DNA of 64,000 nucleotides, taken from positions 1,184,001-1,248,000 of the forward strand of contig OY970067.1 of the NCBI GenBank assembly GCA_963705305.1, in the 5' to 3' direction. The DNA comes from an uncultured Methylomirabilota bacterium. Lineage in GTDB: Bacteria; Methylomirabilota; Methylomirabilia; Methylomirabilales; 2-02-FULL-66-22. Below the pieces are notes generated by a model, which was not told where the DNA came from, did no database searches, and saw only the letters and a program-made list of their open reading frames with translations. The position numbers were made by a program, and so were the translations under genes. The first letter of the stretch is position 1. Each line of letters starts with the position of its first letter. Of the stretch, positions 9,824 through 19,152 are shown one piece after another.

Positions 9824-10714
9824 CGGGAGACTCCCTTCTCGAAGACGGAATGGCCCGCAGCATGAGGGCCGCGGGCTGCTCGGGCCGGAATCAATCACAC
9901 AGGTAGACAGACTGAAAAGCCCCGCGGCAGACCCCGTGCCGGGCCGGCGCCCGCCGCGACGCATCGGCGGGTGGAACTATAGTCAGTTGCCGCCTCTCGG
10001 TCAAGCTCTTCGCGGCCACGCTTTTCGCCGCTACGCACTCCGGCCCCGGAGCGCCGAGAACAACCCTGAGAGGCACCTGAGGGGGCGCAGCACTATCTGC
10101 CGAATCTCCTGAGCGGCACCCCTGCGGCATCTCCGCCTTATCGGATGCGTTCGGCCTTCAGAAGAAAGAGTCTCCTTGGTATCGCAGGAAAAACCGGGTC
10201 GCCTGTCCGGGCGTATGGAGCCCGCCGGGCCGCTGCAGTTGTGCGGTTTCCCTTAGTCGACGTAGCCAACAACGTCCCGCCTAGCGCAATAGCTGTAATG
10301 ACGATAGGATATCCAATCGTTGATGCGACGAAACCATGGTCAACAGCTATGTATCGTGACGCAACCGCACACCCTCGGCTGATCCACTACCCATCGCCGG
10401 GGGTGAGCTCTTGGCGCCCGAACCTATTTCGCTGATCGCCCCGGCCGCTATTGGTCTCGCTGAGGTGCAGGGGCGCCAAGGTCGTTTCTGGCGACTGCCC
10501 TATGCCTGCATGCGCCGCAAAGGGGACCGAGGGCTGTCTTTCCGGAAACGGCGCTGGCGGCACCTGCCGGCAACGAGCCGTCTGTGCCTCCATGTACCGA
10601 GCGACCAAACGGGTTGATCGAGCATGTCCTGCGGCCGCCGTGTTTATCAGGAGTTGCCTCGCCGCTTCGTGTCGCGTCTTGCAACGATACGGATATCAAT
10701 GCTATCCTATCGTT

Positions 10715-11239
10715 ATGCAGGCCAAGGCGAAGCAGCAACTGGCGATCCACAAGGCGCAGGCGCAGGCGCTATGTTGGCTGCTGCAGCAGCCGGCCGGTTC
10801 GGGCGGGGAGGTCCTGGCGGGGCTCACACGGACGCTGGCCTTCAGCAGACCGCTCCACGGGACGGAATGGTCTGCGCTGCCGCACGCGAACCGGGACCGG
10901 GAGGCGCGGGCCTTTCACCGGCGGGTGCTGCGGCTCTTCAACAAGGGCATCCCGATTCGCTGCTTGGTCGTGGCGAGGGTGTCGCCCACCCCACGAGGGC
11001 TGACGGTTGAGCGGTTCCGGGACGCGAGGGCGCGGGACCAGGGCCTGCTGCAACTGCTGGAGGCCCGGGGCGATCGCCTGCGTCGGTGTCGGCTCTGCGG
11101 GGCATGGTTCTGGCGCGAGCGCAGGCGAGAGTATTGCGAGCCCTGCTTCCATTCGGGCACGGCACGCAGCAAGGTCCACCGGGCGAAGGCGAGGGCGGCG
11201 CAGGCGGAGGGCGAGATCCCGGCGGCTGCGCCGCGGTAG
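10715..11239 (+). CDS. hypothetical protein with C-terminal CGNR-like zinc finger
   Basis: RLRRCRLCGAWF...REYCEPC followed by a basic helix; start uncertain. Confidence 0.55.
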   Translation: MQAKAKQQLAIHKAQAQALCWLLQQPAGSGGEVLAGLTRTLAFSRPLHGTEWSALPHANRDREARAFHRRVLRLFNKGIPIRCLVVARVSPTPRGLTVERFRDARARDQGLLQLLEARGDRLRRCRLCGAWFWRERRREYCEPCFHSGTARSKVHRAKARAAQAEGEIPAAAPR

Positions 11240-11375
11240 AGCGCGCCGGAGCGGAGGCGGAGCATGGAGAGCCGGGCGGACACCGGGCCCCTCGACTTCG
11301 CTCGGCGCCATTTCGCCGCGGCTCAAGGCGGGCTTACTCTTCCCACCGCGTGCTGCAGTGAAGCGACGCCTCCGC

Positions 11376-12020
11376 TCAGGCCGCATCGGTGACGGCGGTG
11401 GCTTGGGCGAGAGCGGCTTCGAGCTGCAGGCGCCAGTGCTCGATTCCGCCGGCGTCGAGATCGGCGGGCACCCGCAGCGGCTCGCCCGCATGCAGCAGCG
11501 CGGACGTGAATGGCCACGGGAGCTGAAAGCGGTCCCAGCTGTGGAGCGTCCAAAAGCGGCGGTAGGTCACGCTAAGGGGAACAAGAGGCAGGCCGCTGCG
11601 CGAGGCGAGGAACACCGCGCCCGGCTTGCACACCTTCGCCGGCCCGCGGGGGCCGTCCGGCGTAATCCCAACATCGCGCCCATCCCCCACCGCGTCCAGC
11701 AACCCGCGGACCGCCTCGGCTCCTCCCCGTCGACTGGAGCCCCGGACCGGCGCAAACCCGAGTCCCAGCAGCAGGCGCGCGATGATCTCGCCGTCACGCG
11801 ATTGACTCACGAGGACACGGCCGCCGCGCCAGCGATGCGTGTACACGAAACACAGCAGCCGCTGATGCCAGAAGACGAAGATCGTGCCCTGTCGGGCAGC
11901 CGGAGAGGCAGCGGCAGGGTCGCCGCCCGACCACCGCAGGCGAACGGTGGCGAACCAGAGGCAGAGGAGGGCGCTCCCCACATGCTGGATCAGCCATAGC
12001 AGGATGTCCTTCGGAAACAT
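11376..12020 (-). CDS. DUF374 lysophospholipid acyltransferase family protein
   Basis: FWHQRL, SQSRDGE, VRGSSRRGG, TPDGPRGP, SWDRF. Confidence 0.88.
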   Translation of the reverse strand: MFPKDILLWLIQHVGSALLCLWFATVRLRWSGGDPAAASPAARQGTIFVFWHQRLLCFVYTHRWRGGRVLVSQSRDGEIIARLLLGLGFAPVRGSSRRGGAEAVRGLLDAVGDGRDVGITPDGPRGPAKVCKPGAVFLASRSGLPLVPLSVTYRRFWTLHSWDRFQLPWPFTSALLHAGEPLRVPADLDAGGIEHWRLQLEAALAQATAVTDAA

Positions 12021-12112
12021 GGGGGCCTCCCTGTCCTGCAGTGCACCGAGGGGCCACGATGTCGTGACACGCCGCGCCGCCGAGCCGGCGCGCGCCCTGC
12101 TGCCAGCGGAGC

Positions 12113-12400
12113 TCAGAACCGCTGGTCCTGCAGGCGAGCGTCCCGGGCGACCGTACGCCGCGCCTGCTTGCGCCGCCGGCGCGCCGCCTCGCGTACCTTG
12201 CGCCGCCGGCGCGCCCCCGGCTTCTCATAGTGCGCATGGCGCTTGAGCGCCTGCAGGATTCCGTCCTTCAGGACCAACCGCTTGAAGAGCCGGATCGCCG
12301 CCTCGACGCCGCGCGGACCGACGATCACCTCCACCGGGCCATAGCGCGGCCTCGCCGGAACCTCATCCGCTCGTTCCCCTCGTCCGCTGTCATTGCTCAC
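12113..12400 (-). CDS. rpsU: 30S ribosomal protein bS21 (N-terminally extended)
   Basis: AIRLFKR...GIL..LKRHAHYEKP plus basic tail; AGGAGG RBS before GTG at 12400. Confidence 0.8.
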   Translation of the reverse strand: MSNDSGRGERADEVPARPRYGPVEVIVGPRGVEAAIRLFKRLVLKDGILQALKRHAHYEKPGARRRRKVREAARRRRKQARRTVARDARLQDQRF

Positions 12401-12819
12401 GGCTCCTCCTCGGGTGAGTCTCGGAACACAAGAGACGCCGCGAGCTGAGACCCCCCGCGTCTGGGTTGCACGCATGGCGGCGCGGCGCGTTCTGCTTGCC
12501 CTTTTATATCACTATGTATTATATAAATCATATAATTTCTTTCGCGAGTACCGCCGTGGACCCTTGGGGGAATGGGCTGCGGCTGGGAGAGCGCCGCGTG
12601 CTCGCCAGTGTCACAGGCAAGGCGCAGGCGCCGCCGGGCCGCCTCCCCGCCGGGAGGCCGGCGAGAACACCCATCGCGCAATGCAGATCGTGTCGGTCAA
12701 GGCGCTGATCGATACGCTGCTCGTCAAATGCCGGGCGGCATGAAAATGGCTGGGCCCCCGCCGTCCAGCTATTGGCGATGGGGCCGGTGCCCCCGCGCGA
12801 GTGCGGGGGGCATGCCCGA

Positions 12820-13038
12820 CTACGGTTTCTGGCGCAGTGGGGGCGAGTCGAATTGCGGCGGCAATGGCTGCGGGCCCGGGACGATCCCTGCAATGTCGGG
12901 GTCTTCGTCGGTCCGCGGGGCGGTGTTCGCCCGGCGCTCCTTCGTTTCAAGCCGACGAGCGTCCTTCTCCTTCCGTCGATCCTGTCGGGCCTTTTCCTTT
13001 GCCCGCTTCTGAAAACTCGGCCGCGAATTCTTGCCCAT
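12820..13038 (-). CDS. small basic protein ending in a DPDIAGIVPGPQP motif
   Basis: 72 aa; SFQKRAKEKARQDRRKEK basic helix; GGAG RBS; co-oriented with the RRM gene. Confidence 0.7.
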   Translation of the reverse strand: MGKNSRPSFQKRAKEKARQDRRKEKDARRLETKERRANTAPRTDEDPDIAGIVPGPQPLPPQFDSPPLRQKP

Positions 13039-13126
13039 TATTCCGACTCCTGGAGTTGACTTCTCGGGCCATTCCCCGGGGCGGGGCAGCCTGCTTCCCC
13101 ATGGTCCCATACCCGAGGCGCGCGCG

Positions 13127-13681
13127 TCATTCCTCTTCTTGGGTGTCTCTTGCCGCACGTGACCAGAAAGGGGTGTCATCTCCTCCCGGATCGTCCTGGG
13201 AGTCGTCCACGCCTCCCGCGAAGAATTGGCCCCCGCTGCGTTCGCGAATGGGTCCCTTCGGCCCCCGCTCTCCCTTCGAGCTGCCCCCCTTGGACTGGCG
13301 CCTGCCGCGCGCCGGCGCATCTGGGCCAAAGGTCCGCGTCGGCTGGTTCGGCCGCAGGGCGCCTTCCGGCGAACCCGGCGGCCCCGACCGCCCCCCCTGG
13401 GCAAACGCGCCCGACCTGGGGACGCCCCTCTCTTCTCGGGGGCGCGCCTCGTTGACCACGAGGGGCCTGCCCTTGAACACCTGCTGGTGGAAGCGGCGGA
13501 TGGATTCCTCCGCCTGCGCGGCATCGCTCCACTCGACGAACGCGAACCCTCGGGGTTGGCCGGTCGCCCGGTCGGTGGGAATCCGCACGGACAGCGGCGG
13601 TCCGACTGCGGAGAAGGCCTCTCGCAACTCGGCTTCTGTCACATCATACGCCAGGTTTCCCACAAAGAGTCGTACTGACAT
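13127..13681 (-). CDS. RRM RNA-binding protein with long Gly/Arg-rich tail
   Basis: RNP2 LFVGNL, RNP1 RGFAFVEW, LVVNEARP. Confidence 0.92.
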   Translation of the reverse strand: MSVRLFVGNLAYDVTEAELREAFSAVGPPLSVRIPTDRATGQPRGFAFVEWSDAAQAEESIRRFHQQVFKGRPLVVNEARPREERGVPRSGAFAQGGRSGPPGSPEGALRPNQPTRTFGPDAPARGRRQSKGGSSKGERGPKGPIRERSGGQFFAGGVDDSQDDPGGDDTPFWSRAARDTQEEE

Positions 13682-13838
13682 TGTCCCTCTCAGGTTGCCT
13701 CTTGCGCGCCTGCGGGCGCTCCGTGCCCGACCTTGCCGGGGTGCCCCTCTCGCCTCTCGACCCTACCAGGCGATCTCCGTGGCGTTCTTCACCGCCGGGG
13801 CCAGCCCCCGAACCTCCGGCTCCACCACGAGTCGCGCG

Positions 13839-14039
13839 TTAGCCCGCCTTTCCGCTGTCACAGAAAGCCTCCGCGGCGGCCTTCGCCTCCCGCTGGTTCC
13901 TCCAGGGGCCCCCGAGGACCGCACGATCGCCCCCCACATCCTTCTCCGCCGCGCGGGCCTTGGCCCACCACACGCCTTCGTCCCGGAGGGTCGTGATCGT
14001 GTACTGCTGATACGGATAGCTCATCCATTCCGCATCCAT
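13839..14039 (-). CDS. small hypothetical protein
   Basis: GAGGA RBS before ATG at 14039; Trp/Tyr-rich, non-shadow composition. Confidence 0.5.
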   Translation of the reverse strand: MDAEWMSYPYQQYTITTLRDEGVWWAKARAAEKDVGGDRAVLGGPWRNQREAKAAAEAFCDSGKAG

Positions 14040-14138
14040 GGCCGTCCTCATGCTGTGCCCGCGGGGCGAGTGCACCGGCCGCTCGTGGAGCCCAACAGAC
14101 CAGGGCAATCCCCGTGAAACTCAGGACCCCATATCCGC

Positions 14139-14351
14139 CTAGCTGCTCGCGGGGACCAATTTCATGTTCGCGGCCCGCGGTCCCTTGGCTCCCTTCTCGA
14201 TATCGAACTCGACGGTTTGTCCCTCCGCCAGGGTATCAAACGCCTCCCCCTGCAGGGCGGATCGGTGAAAGAAGAGCTCCACGCCGTCTTGCCCCTGGAT
14301 GAACCCAAAGCCCCGCTCTCGGACCAGTTTCTTGACCGTGCCTGTTGCCAT
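14139..14351 (-). CDS. cspA: cold-shock domain protein
   Basis: MATGTVK, RGFGFI, LFFHRS, KGPRAAN. Confidence 0.93.
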   Translation of the reverse strand: MATGTVKKLVRERGFGFIQGQDGVELFFHRSALQGEAFDTLAEGQTVEFDIEKGAKGPRAANMKLVPASS

Positions 14352-14473
14352 GAGAAGCGCTCCTTTCCGGATCTCCATCCGGCCTATCGTTCCTAGTTCA
14401 GTGCTGGCTCACCGCGCTGCTCGCGGTGCCTTTCTCATACGGTCTGCCCCCTCCCACCGCAGGACCGCCCCTC

Positions 14474-14800
14474 TTAAACGCGAACCTTCTCACCCCGCCG
14501 CCGTGGGCGTCCACTCGGTCTGCGCAGGGTTCCGGCGGGGAGCGTCCTCCGCTCGCCGTCGGTTCCCCCTTTGCGGGTGAGGCTCCGGATGCGGCGGACC
14601 GCATTGGCCTGGGCCGCGATGTTTGCGAGCAGATTCCGATCGCCCCCCCGCTTCAGCCCCTCCTCGATGAGGGCCCGGAGCACGATCTGCAGGCTGACCA
14701 TGAGCTTGAGCGTCATGGTTGCCTTCCCCGCCAAGGCCCGCGCCCGGTCCAGGACGTCTTGGGGGAGAATAAGCAAGACCCTGGACTCTTTCTCGAACAT
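14474..14800 (-). CDS. hypothetical protein (possible ribbon-helix-helix-like)
   Basis: strand-helix-helix pattern VLLILPQDVLDRAR...SLQIVLRALIEEGL. Confidence 0.5.
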   Translation of the reverse strand: MFEKESRVLLILPQDVLDRARALAGKATMTLKLMVSLQIVLRALIEEGLKRGGDRNLLANIAAQANAVRRIRSLTRKGGTDGERRTLPAGTLRRPSGRPRRRGEKVRV

Positions 14801-14925
14801 CGCGCGCCCCGCTGTCTACCGGCCGACCCGTTGCCCCCGGCCTGAGTGACCAGTACACACATCATACGAATTATATAAGTTATATGGTTTCTCGCGCCAT
14901 GTCAAGCGGAAGCGTCCGGTTGTTC

Positions 14926-14954
14926 TTGACAAGGTGCGGCCCATCGCATACACT
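14926..14954 (+). promoter_or_regulatory. sigma70 promoter
   Basis: TTGACA-17 bp-TACACT; a divergent TTGACA lies at 14905-14900. Confidence 0.65.
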
Positions 14955-14999
14955 TGATTCCTCTGGGATAAGGTTCTGTTCAGCTGTCAGTGCTGATGC

Positions 15000-15040
15000 G
15001 CGCTGCGGGGACCCCACCCCCCGTGGCGCTTTTGTTTTTT
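15000..15040 (+). terminator. leader terminator/attenuator hairpin
   Basis: 11-bp stem GCGCTGCGGGG/CCCCGTGGCGC (with G-U pairs) plus TTTTGTTTTTT. Confidence 0.6.
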
Positions 15041-15285
15041 GTGGGCCCAGTGCAAGTGGACGCACCTCCATCGAGAGAGGACCGCGAAGCGCGCCCTCGG
15101 CCCTGGAGGTCGCGGTCGGCGAGGACGGCCGGGCCGGCTGGCGCAAGGAACAGCCCGAGTGAACACCTGGGGACCGACGGTGCAATCGGCTCGCGGTGAG
15201 GGCGGACCGCGAGTGATTGATGAGGGAGTCAACCGCTCGAAGAGGGACAGCGCCCCGCCGAAGCGGGGACGAAAGGGGTAGCCAG

Positions 15286-15612
15286 ATGGGAACGCGATTG
15301 TACGTGGGGAATCTGCCGTTTGACGTGGATGAGTCACAGATCCGCACGCTCTTCCAGGAGGGGGGGCGGGAGGTGGCCGAGGTGAAGATCGTGATGGACC
15401 GCGACACGGGGCGCCCCCGGGGGTTCGCCTTTGTCGAGATGACGAGCCAGGCGGATGCGCAGGCGGCCATCGCGGCGATGAATGGCCGCGAGGTGGGCGG
15501 CCGGGCGTTGACCGTCAATGAGGCTCGCGAGCAGGCGCCGCGGGGCGGAGGCTTCGGGGGAGGATACGGCGGAGGGCGCGGCGGTGGTGGTGGCGGCCGG
15601 CGGCGCTTCTAA
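15286..15612 (+). CDS. RRM RNA-binding protein with Gly-rich tail
   Basis: LYVGNL, RGFAFVEM, LTVNEAR, GGGFGGGYGG. Confidence 0.93.
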   Translation: MGTRLYVGNLPFDVDESQIRTLFQEGGREVAEVKIVMDRDTGRPRGFAFVEMTSQADAQAAIAAMNGREVGGRALTVNEAREQAPRGGGFGGGYGGGRGGGGGGRRRF

Positions 15613-15710
15613 CCAGCGATGCATGGAGCTGCGGAAAGGCGTCCCGCTCATTTGTTCGACTGAACCCATTCGGTCCGGGGTGCTGCAGGCCGTCCTTGAG
15701 TAGATATCCG

Positions 15711-15744
15711 GCCTTCTCGGGCCTCTCGCGGGGCCCGAGAAGGC
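15711..15744 (+). terminator. hairpin, probable terminator
   Basis: perfect 13-bp stem GCCTTCTCGGGCC/GGCCCGAGAAGGC downstream of the RRM gene; weak U tail. Confidence 0.55.
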
Positions 15745-15930
15745 AGTGTCTTTCGCTGGCCTCTCTATGTCGGACCTCTCACCGCTGGCCGCCCTGAGGG
15801 CGCCATGCGTTCCCCTCCCCGATACCCCTGTCGCCTGCCCGCCGATCAAGGCGTCCCCCATCCGATCCTTCGGAGCTGTCCCTCTTGAAAAGCTGTCTCG
15901 AGCCGAACCTCACGCGGCACCCCATTCATA

Positions 15931-16039
15931 GCGGTTAATCTGCCGACGGCAGACTCGCTCCATGTTTAACAGCCTTTAGAATAAGGTACTTATAACATTC
16001 AAAAGGGCCGGTGGCGGTTTCAGTGGCGGCTCATTTTTC
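15931..16039. repeat. att-arm-like direct repeat, copy 1
   Basis: colinear with 26285-26393 (GCGGTTAATC.GCCGACGGC.GACTCGCTCCATGTT...CCTTTAGAAT...AAAAGGG.CGGTGG). Confidence 0.75.
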
Positions 16040-16498
16040 CCCTGAATGGGCCATTTCGGTTTATCGAGAATCACGCGCAGCAGTATCAGGCAGATCATGC
16101 CGAGCTCGTCCGCCAGCGGGCCGTGGAGCTAGTCCACGTGGCTGGGGTGGCCAAAGCGCTCTCGTACCTCTACGCGGCGATGACGCTTCACCTGGCGATT
16201 CGAACTGGGGACCCCCTCTCGGAGCTGGGCGTTCGTCTCGCCGATCGCACCGCGGAACTCGCGATCGACATCCCGAGTACGCACGACATCTGCGGCCACG
16301 GGGATGCCGTGCAGTGTATTCGGGTGATCGGCACCTTGGCCGCGCAGTATCGCAATCGATCCCTCGGATGGTGACACATCGAGCATCAGGCCGGGCGCGT
16401 GGGGAGTGCGAGTCGACGTGTGGCTCCGGCAGGTGCCGGGTGGCAGGCGGGCAGGGTCCCCCCTGAGGCGCCGTGCGATGCAAAAAGGAAGGGGAGAG

Positions 16499-16720
16499 GT
16501 CGTGCGCATCGACGAAATCCTACAGAAAACGCGAGCGGGCGAGGCGCTGGCCGGCGAGGACCTCATCGACCTGCCGAACCTCCCACCAGAGTCGCCCGGC
16601 ACGTACCTGGTCCTGGCAGAGGCAAATCGGAAGTCGAAAGCGCCTGCAGGCGGACAGGCCGAAGTCCATGCGCAATTGGCGGTCAATCTCGCCCCGTGTC
16701 CTGGCGACTGCCTCTACGGC
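16499..16720 (+). pseudogene. 5' fragment of a BioB/HydE-like radical SAM gene
   Basis: RIDEIL.K...AEVHAQLAVNLAPCPGDCLYG; CxxxCxxC lacks its third Cys and similarity stops there. Confidence 0.55.
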
Positions 16721-16837
16721 CTGCCGGTGGAGGGCGTCATGGAGCCACCCCAGGGAGCCGACGCTGGCCACGGCCAGGACCAAGGCCAGCACGAGCACCA
16801 CATACAGCCAGACATTGACATCGGTGAGCTTGGCCAT
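16520..16837 (-). CDS. small single-TM protein, 3' end probably chimeric
   Basis: GGAGG RBS; MAKLTDVNVWLYVVLVLALVLAV; C-terminal half is antisense to the radical SAM relic. Confidence 0.45.
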   Translation of the reverse strand: MAKLTDVNVWLYVVLVLALVLAVASVGSLGWLHDALHRQAVEAVARTRGEIDRQLRMDFGLSACRRFRLPICLCQDQVRAGRLWWEVRQVDEVLAGQRLARSRFL

Positions 16838-16938
16838 TGTCTGAACCTCCTGCCGCCCCAGCACTGAGCCCCTCTTCTCTTTCCTCACCCGGCCTCCGGA
16901 AGGGCGCACCCCCCGCGGCCGGACGGCCCGGGGGGAGG

Positions 16939-17772
16939 CTATACCCAGGCACCCCCGCCCCGCAGCTGCGTCCTGGTCACGAGGCCGTTCTCCACACCCC
17001 GGCACCCATCGATGGACCGGGCCATGATCGAGAGCGCGGCCTTCTCCTCCTCGCCCTCCACCAGGCCGTAGAGGTGGAGCACCCCCGCGCGGGCGTCGAT
17101 CCCCAGCCCCCGGTTCGTCACCCAGTCTTCTGCGGCGAGACGAGCCCTCATCGCCTGCACCAGCTCGCCGTCGCTCAGGACGCTCCCTGTCCCCTGGGGC
17201 GCATCCGCCACCACCGGGAGCAGGTCCGTCCGGCTGACGGTGCCGACGAGCCTCCCATGGGCGACGACGGGGACCTCGCGCACGTCGTGGGCCAGCACCT
17301 CGGCAGCCGCCTGGATCGCCATGGCGGGGTCCACCGGGGCCGGGACCGCGCCCATGAGCTCCGCGACGGTCTGCCCGGCGCGCAGCTGGTACGCCCGGGC
17401 CCCGGCCGCCGGCCCTTCGAACAGCCCGCGCCACCAGCTGCGGCGGCGGGGCCGGAGCCGGGCCAGCAGGGTGGCCTCGGCCAGCCACCCCACCAGCCGG
17501 CCCTGCGCATCCACCACCGGCAGGCCGGTCCGGCCGTGCTGCCGCAACCGCCGGGCGGCCACCGGCACGGGATCGGTTGGCCGCACGGTCACCAGAACCC
17601 GGTTCATCACGTCCGCGACCCGGCTGGGCTGGCGCGCGGCCGCGGGGGCGGGCCGCACCCCCACCGGCAGGGCCCGCTCCGACTTCCCGCCATTCGCCGG
17701 GGCTGAAGCCGGCAGGGTCGGGGTCGCTTCGCGCACGTCCCAGTCTTGGTGCAATGTCTCAAGGAGTTTCAT
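16939..17772 (-). CDS. CBS-pair plus BON domain protein
   Basis: VADVMNR, GLPVVD..GRLVG, VPVV..GRLVGTVSRTDLL; BON-like GVLHLYGLV...GVENGL. Confidence 0.8.
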   Translation of the reverse strand: MKLLETLHQDWDVREATPTLPASAPANGGKSERALPVGVRPAPAAARQPSRVADVMNRVLVTVRPTDPVPVAARRLRQHGRTGLPVVDAQGRLVGWLAEATLLARLRPRRRSWWRGLFEGPAAGARAYQLRAGQTVAELMGAVPAPVDPAMAIQAAAEVLAHDVREVPVVAHGRLVGTVSRTDLLPVVADAPQGTGSVLSDGELVQAMRARLAAEDWVTNRGLGIDARAGVLHLYGLVEGEEEKAALSIMARSIDGCRGVENGLVTRTQLRGGGAWV

Positions 17773-18422
17773 GGTCGTGGCACCTCTTTCGCGGGCCGAG
17801 AGCTGCCCGGGCGCCCTGCCGCATCCTGGCCAGGGCCCACCTCGGTTGTCACAGGCTCCCGACACGCAATGGCTGTTTCCTCTCCTGGGGCCTCGCCCCG
17901 CGGGCGGCTCTCCCGCCCGTTCCACGCTCACGATAGGCGGGCAGCCGCGCGGTGCCTACTAAAGTTACGCGCAAGAATGGGCCCCAACCCGTCAAGACCC
18001 GTCACCATCCCGGGCGGGCGGCGGGCGCCCGGCCGTGCCCCCGGTGCCAGGAATGGCGGGGCGTTGGGGCCGCCGACCCCCGCGGCGCGCACCCCGCTCG
18101 GGTGTAAAGATCCATCAAGACGGGGGACAGGATCGCCCGGCGCAGGCGGCCCTCGCCCAGGCCAGGCGACGGGCGGTGTGGGAACTGACGGAAGGAACTC
18201 CCGAGAGACGCGAACCGGCGGGAGACGGCCGGGTATTCTCGGTCCCCCTGTGGTACTGCGACGGGGGCTTTGTGATTGACACCACTCGGAGGGCTCGGTA
18301 CGCTCCCGTCAACCGAACTCCTCGCCTTTTCTCCTGCAATCCAGAGGGTGTTATTCGGAAACCATATAGGCGTAGTTAGTTCCACCAGGGCCGTCCCGCT
18401 CGACCCGGCAATCGGAGGTCCC

Positions 18423-18758
18423 ATGCGATTCTCGGCGCTCACCTATCTGTCCCTGATTGCAGCTGCAGTGCTGGAAGTCGCCGGCAACGCGGTCATCAGA
18501 CGAGGTCTGCGGGGCGGTACGCTCGTGCTGGTCGCGGTGGGCTTCGTGGTGCTCGGAAGCTACGGCGTCACACTGAACCTCGTGCACTGGGACTTCTCCA
18601 GACTGCTTGGCGTGTACGTGGCGGTGTTTGCGGTCACGGCGGTACTTTTCGGTCGCTTCTTCTTTCAGGAGATCGTCCCCATGTCGACTTGGGTCGGGCT
18701 TGCCATCATCGTCGCGGGAGCCGCTGTGATTCAGTTCGGTAGTGTCGCCGTGAGGTAG
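18423..18758 (+). CDS. 4-TM SMR/YnfA-like membrane protein (gene cassette)
   Basis: AAVLEVAG (TM1 Glu), LLGVYVAVF, WVGLAIIVAG; GGAGG RBS. Confidence 0.75.
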   Translation: MRFSALTYLSLIAAAVLEVAGNAVIRRGLRGGTLVLVAVGFVVLGSYGVTLNLVHWDFSRLLGVYVAVFAVTAVLFGRFFFQEIVPMSTWVGLAIIVAGAAVIQFGSVAVR

Positions 18759-18763
18759 CGTGC

Positions 18764-18849
18764 CCCTAACACCGGCATCGGGCAGAACGCCGGAGGCTCC
18801 ACTGTGCGGAGAGGGTATTGGGCGTCGGCTCATGCCAATTACGTTAAAC
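18764..18849 (+). other. integron attC-like recombination site
   Basis: CCCTAAC inverse core 5 bp after the stop codon, GTTAAAC core, internal GGCAT/ATGCC and ACGCC/GGCGT arms; 86 bp. Confidence 0.65.
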
Positions 18850-19152
18850 CTTCACGCCGGGGTGGGAAGCAATCGAGAGGAGAACCAGGGTCGCACGCGG
18901 TGATTTTGTATCACTCCCAGGAGGTCTTCTTGCTATCTCTCCACGTTTTCTGTATTCTCGATTCGCTACAGGCATCGGGCTGAAAAGCGCTGTGTGGTCG
19001 CCGGCCCTGGAGCCCCTCTTCCCGCACCTGGCGCGACGGCGCCTCGACCGGGGGGCTGCAGAGCCCTTGAGACATCCACCGAGGGCGGGTCAGGGGAAGG
19101 GCCAATCGCGCGTCCCAAGGCGTACCGATACCGAGGAGAGCGAGGAAGCAGC

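Noticed and set aside
16123..16374. 83-aa ORF next to the first att-like repeat
   Set aside because: no RBS or family motif; cannot be supported as a gene
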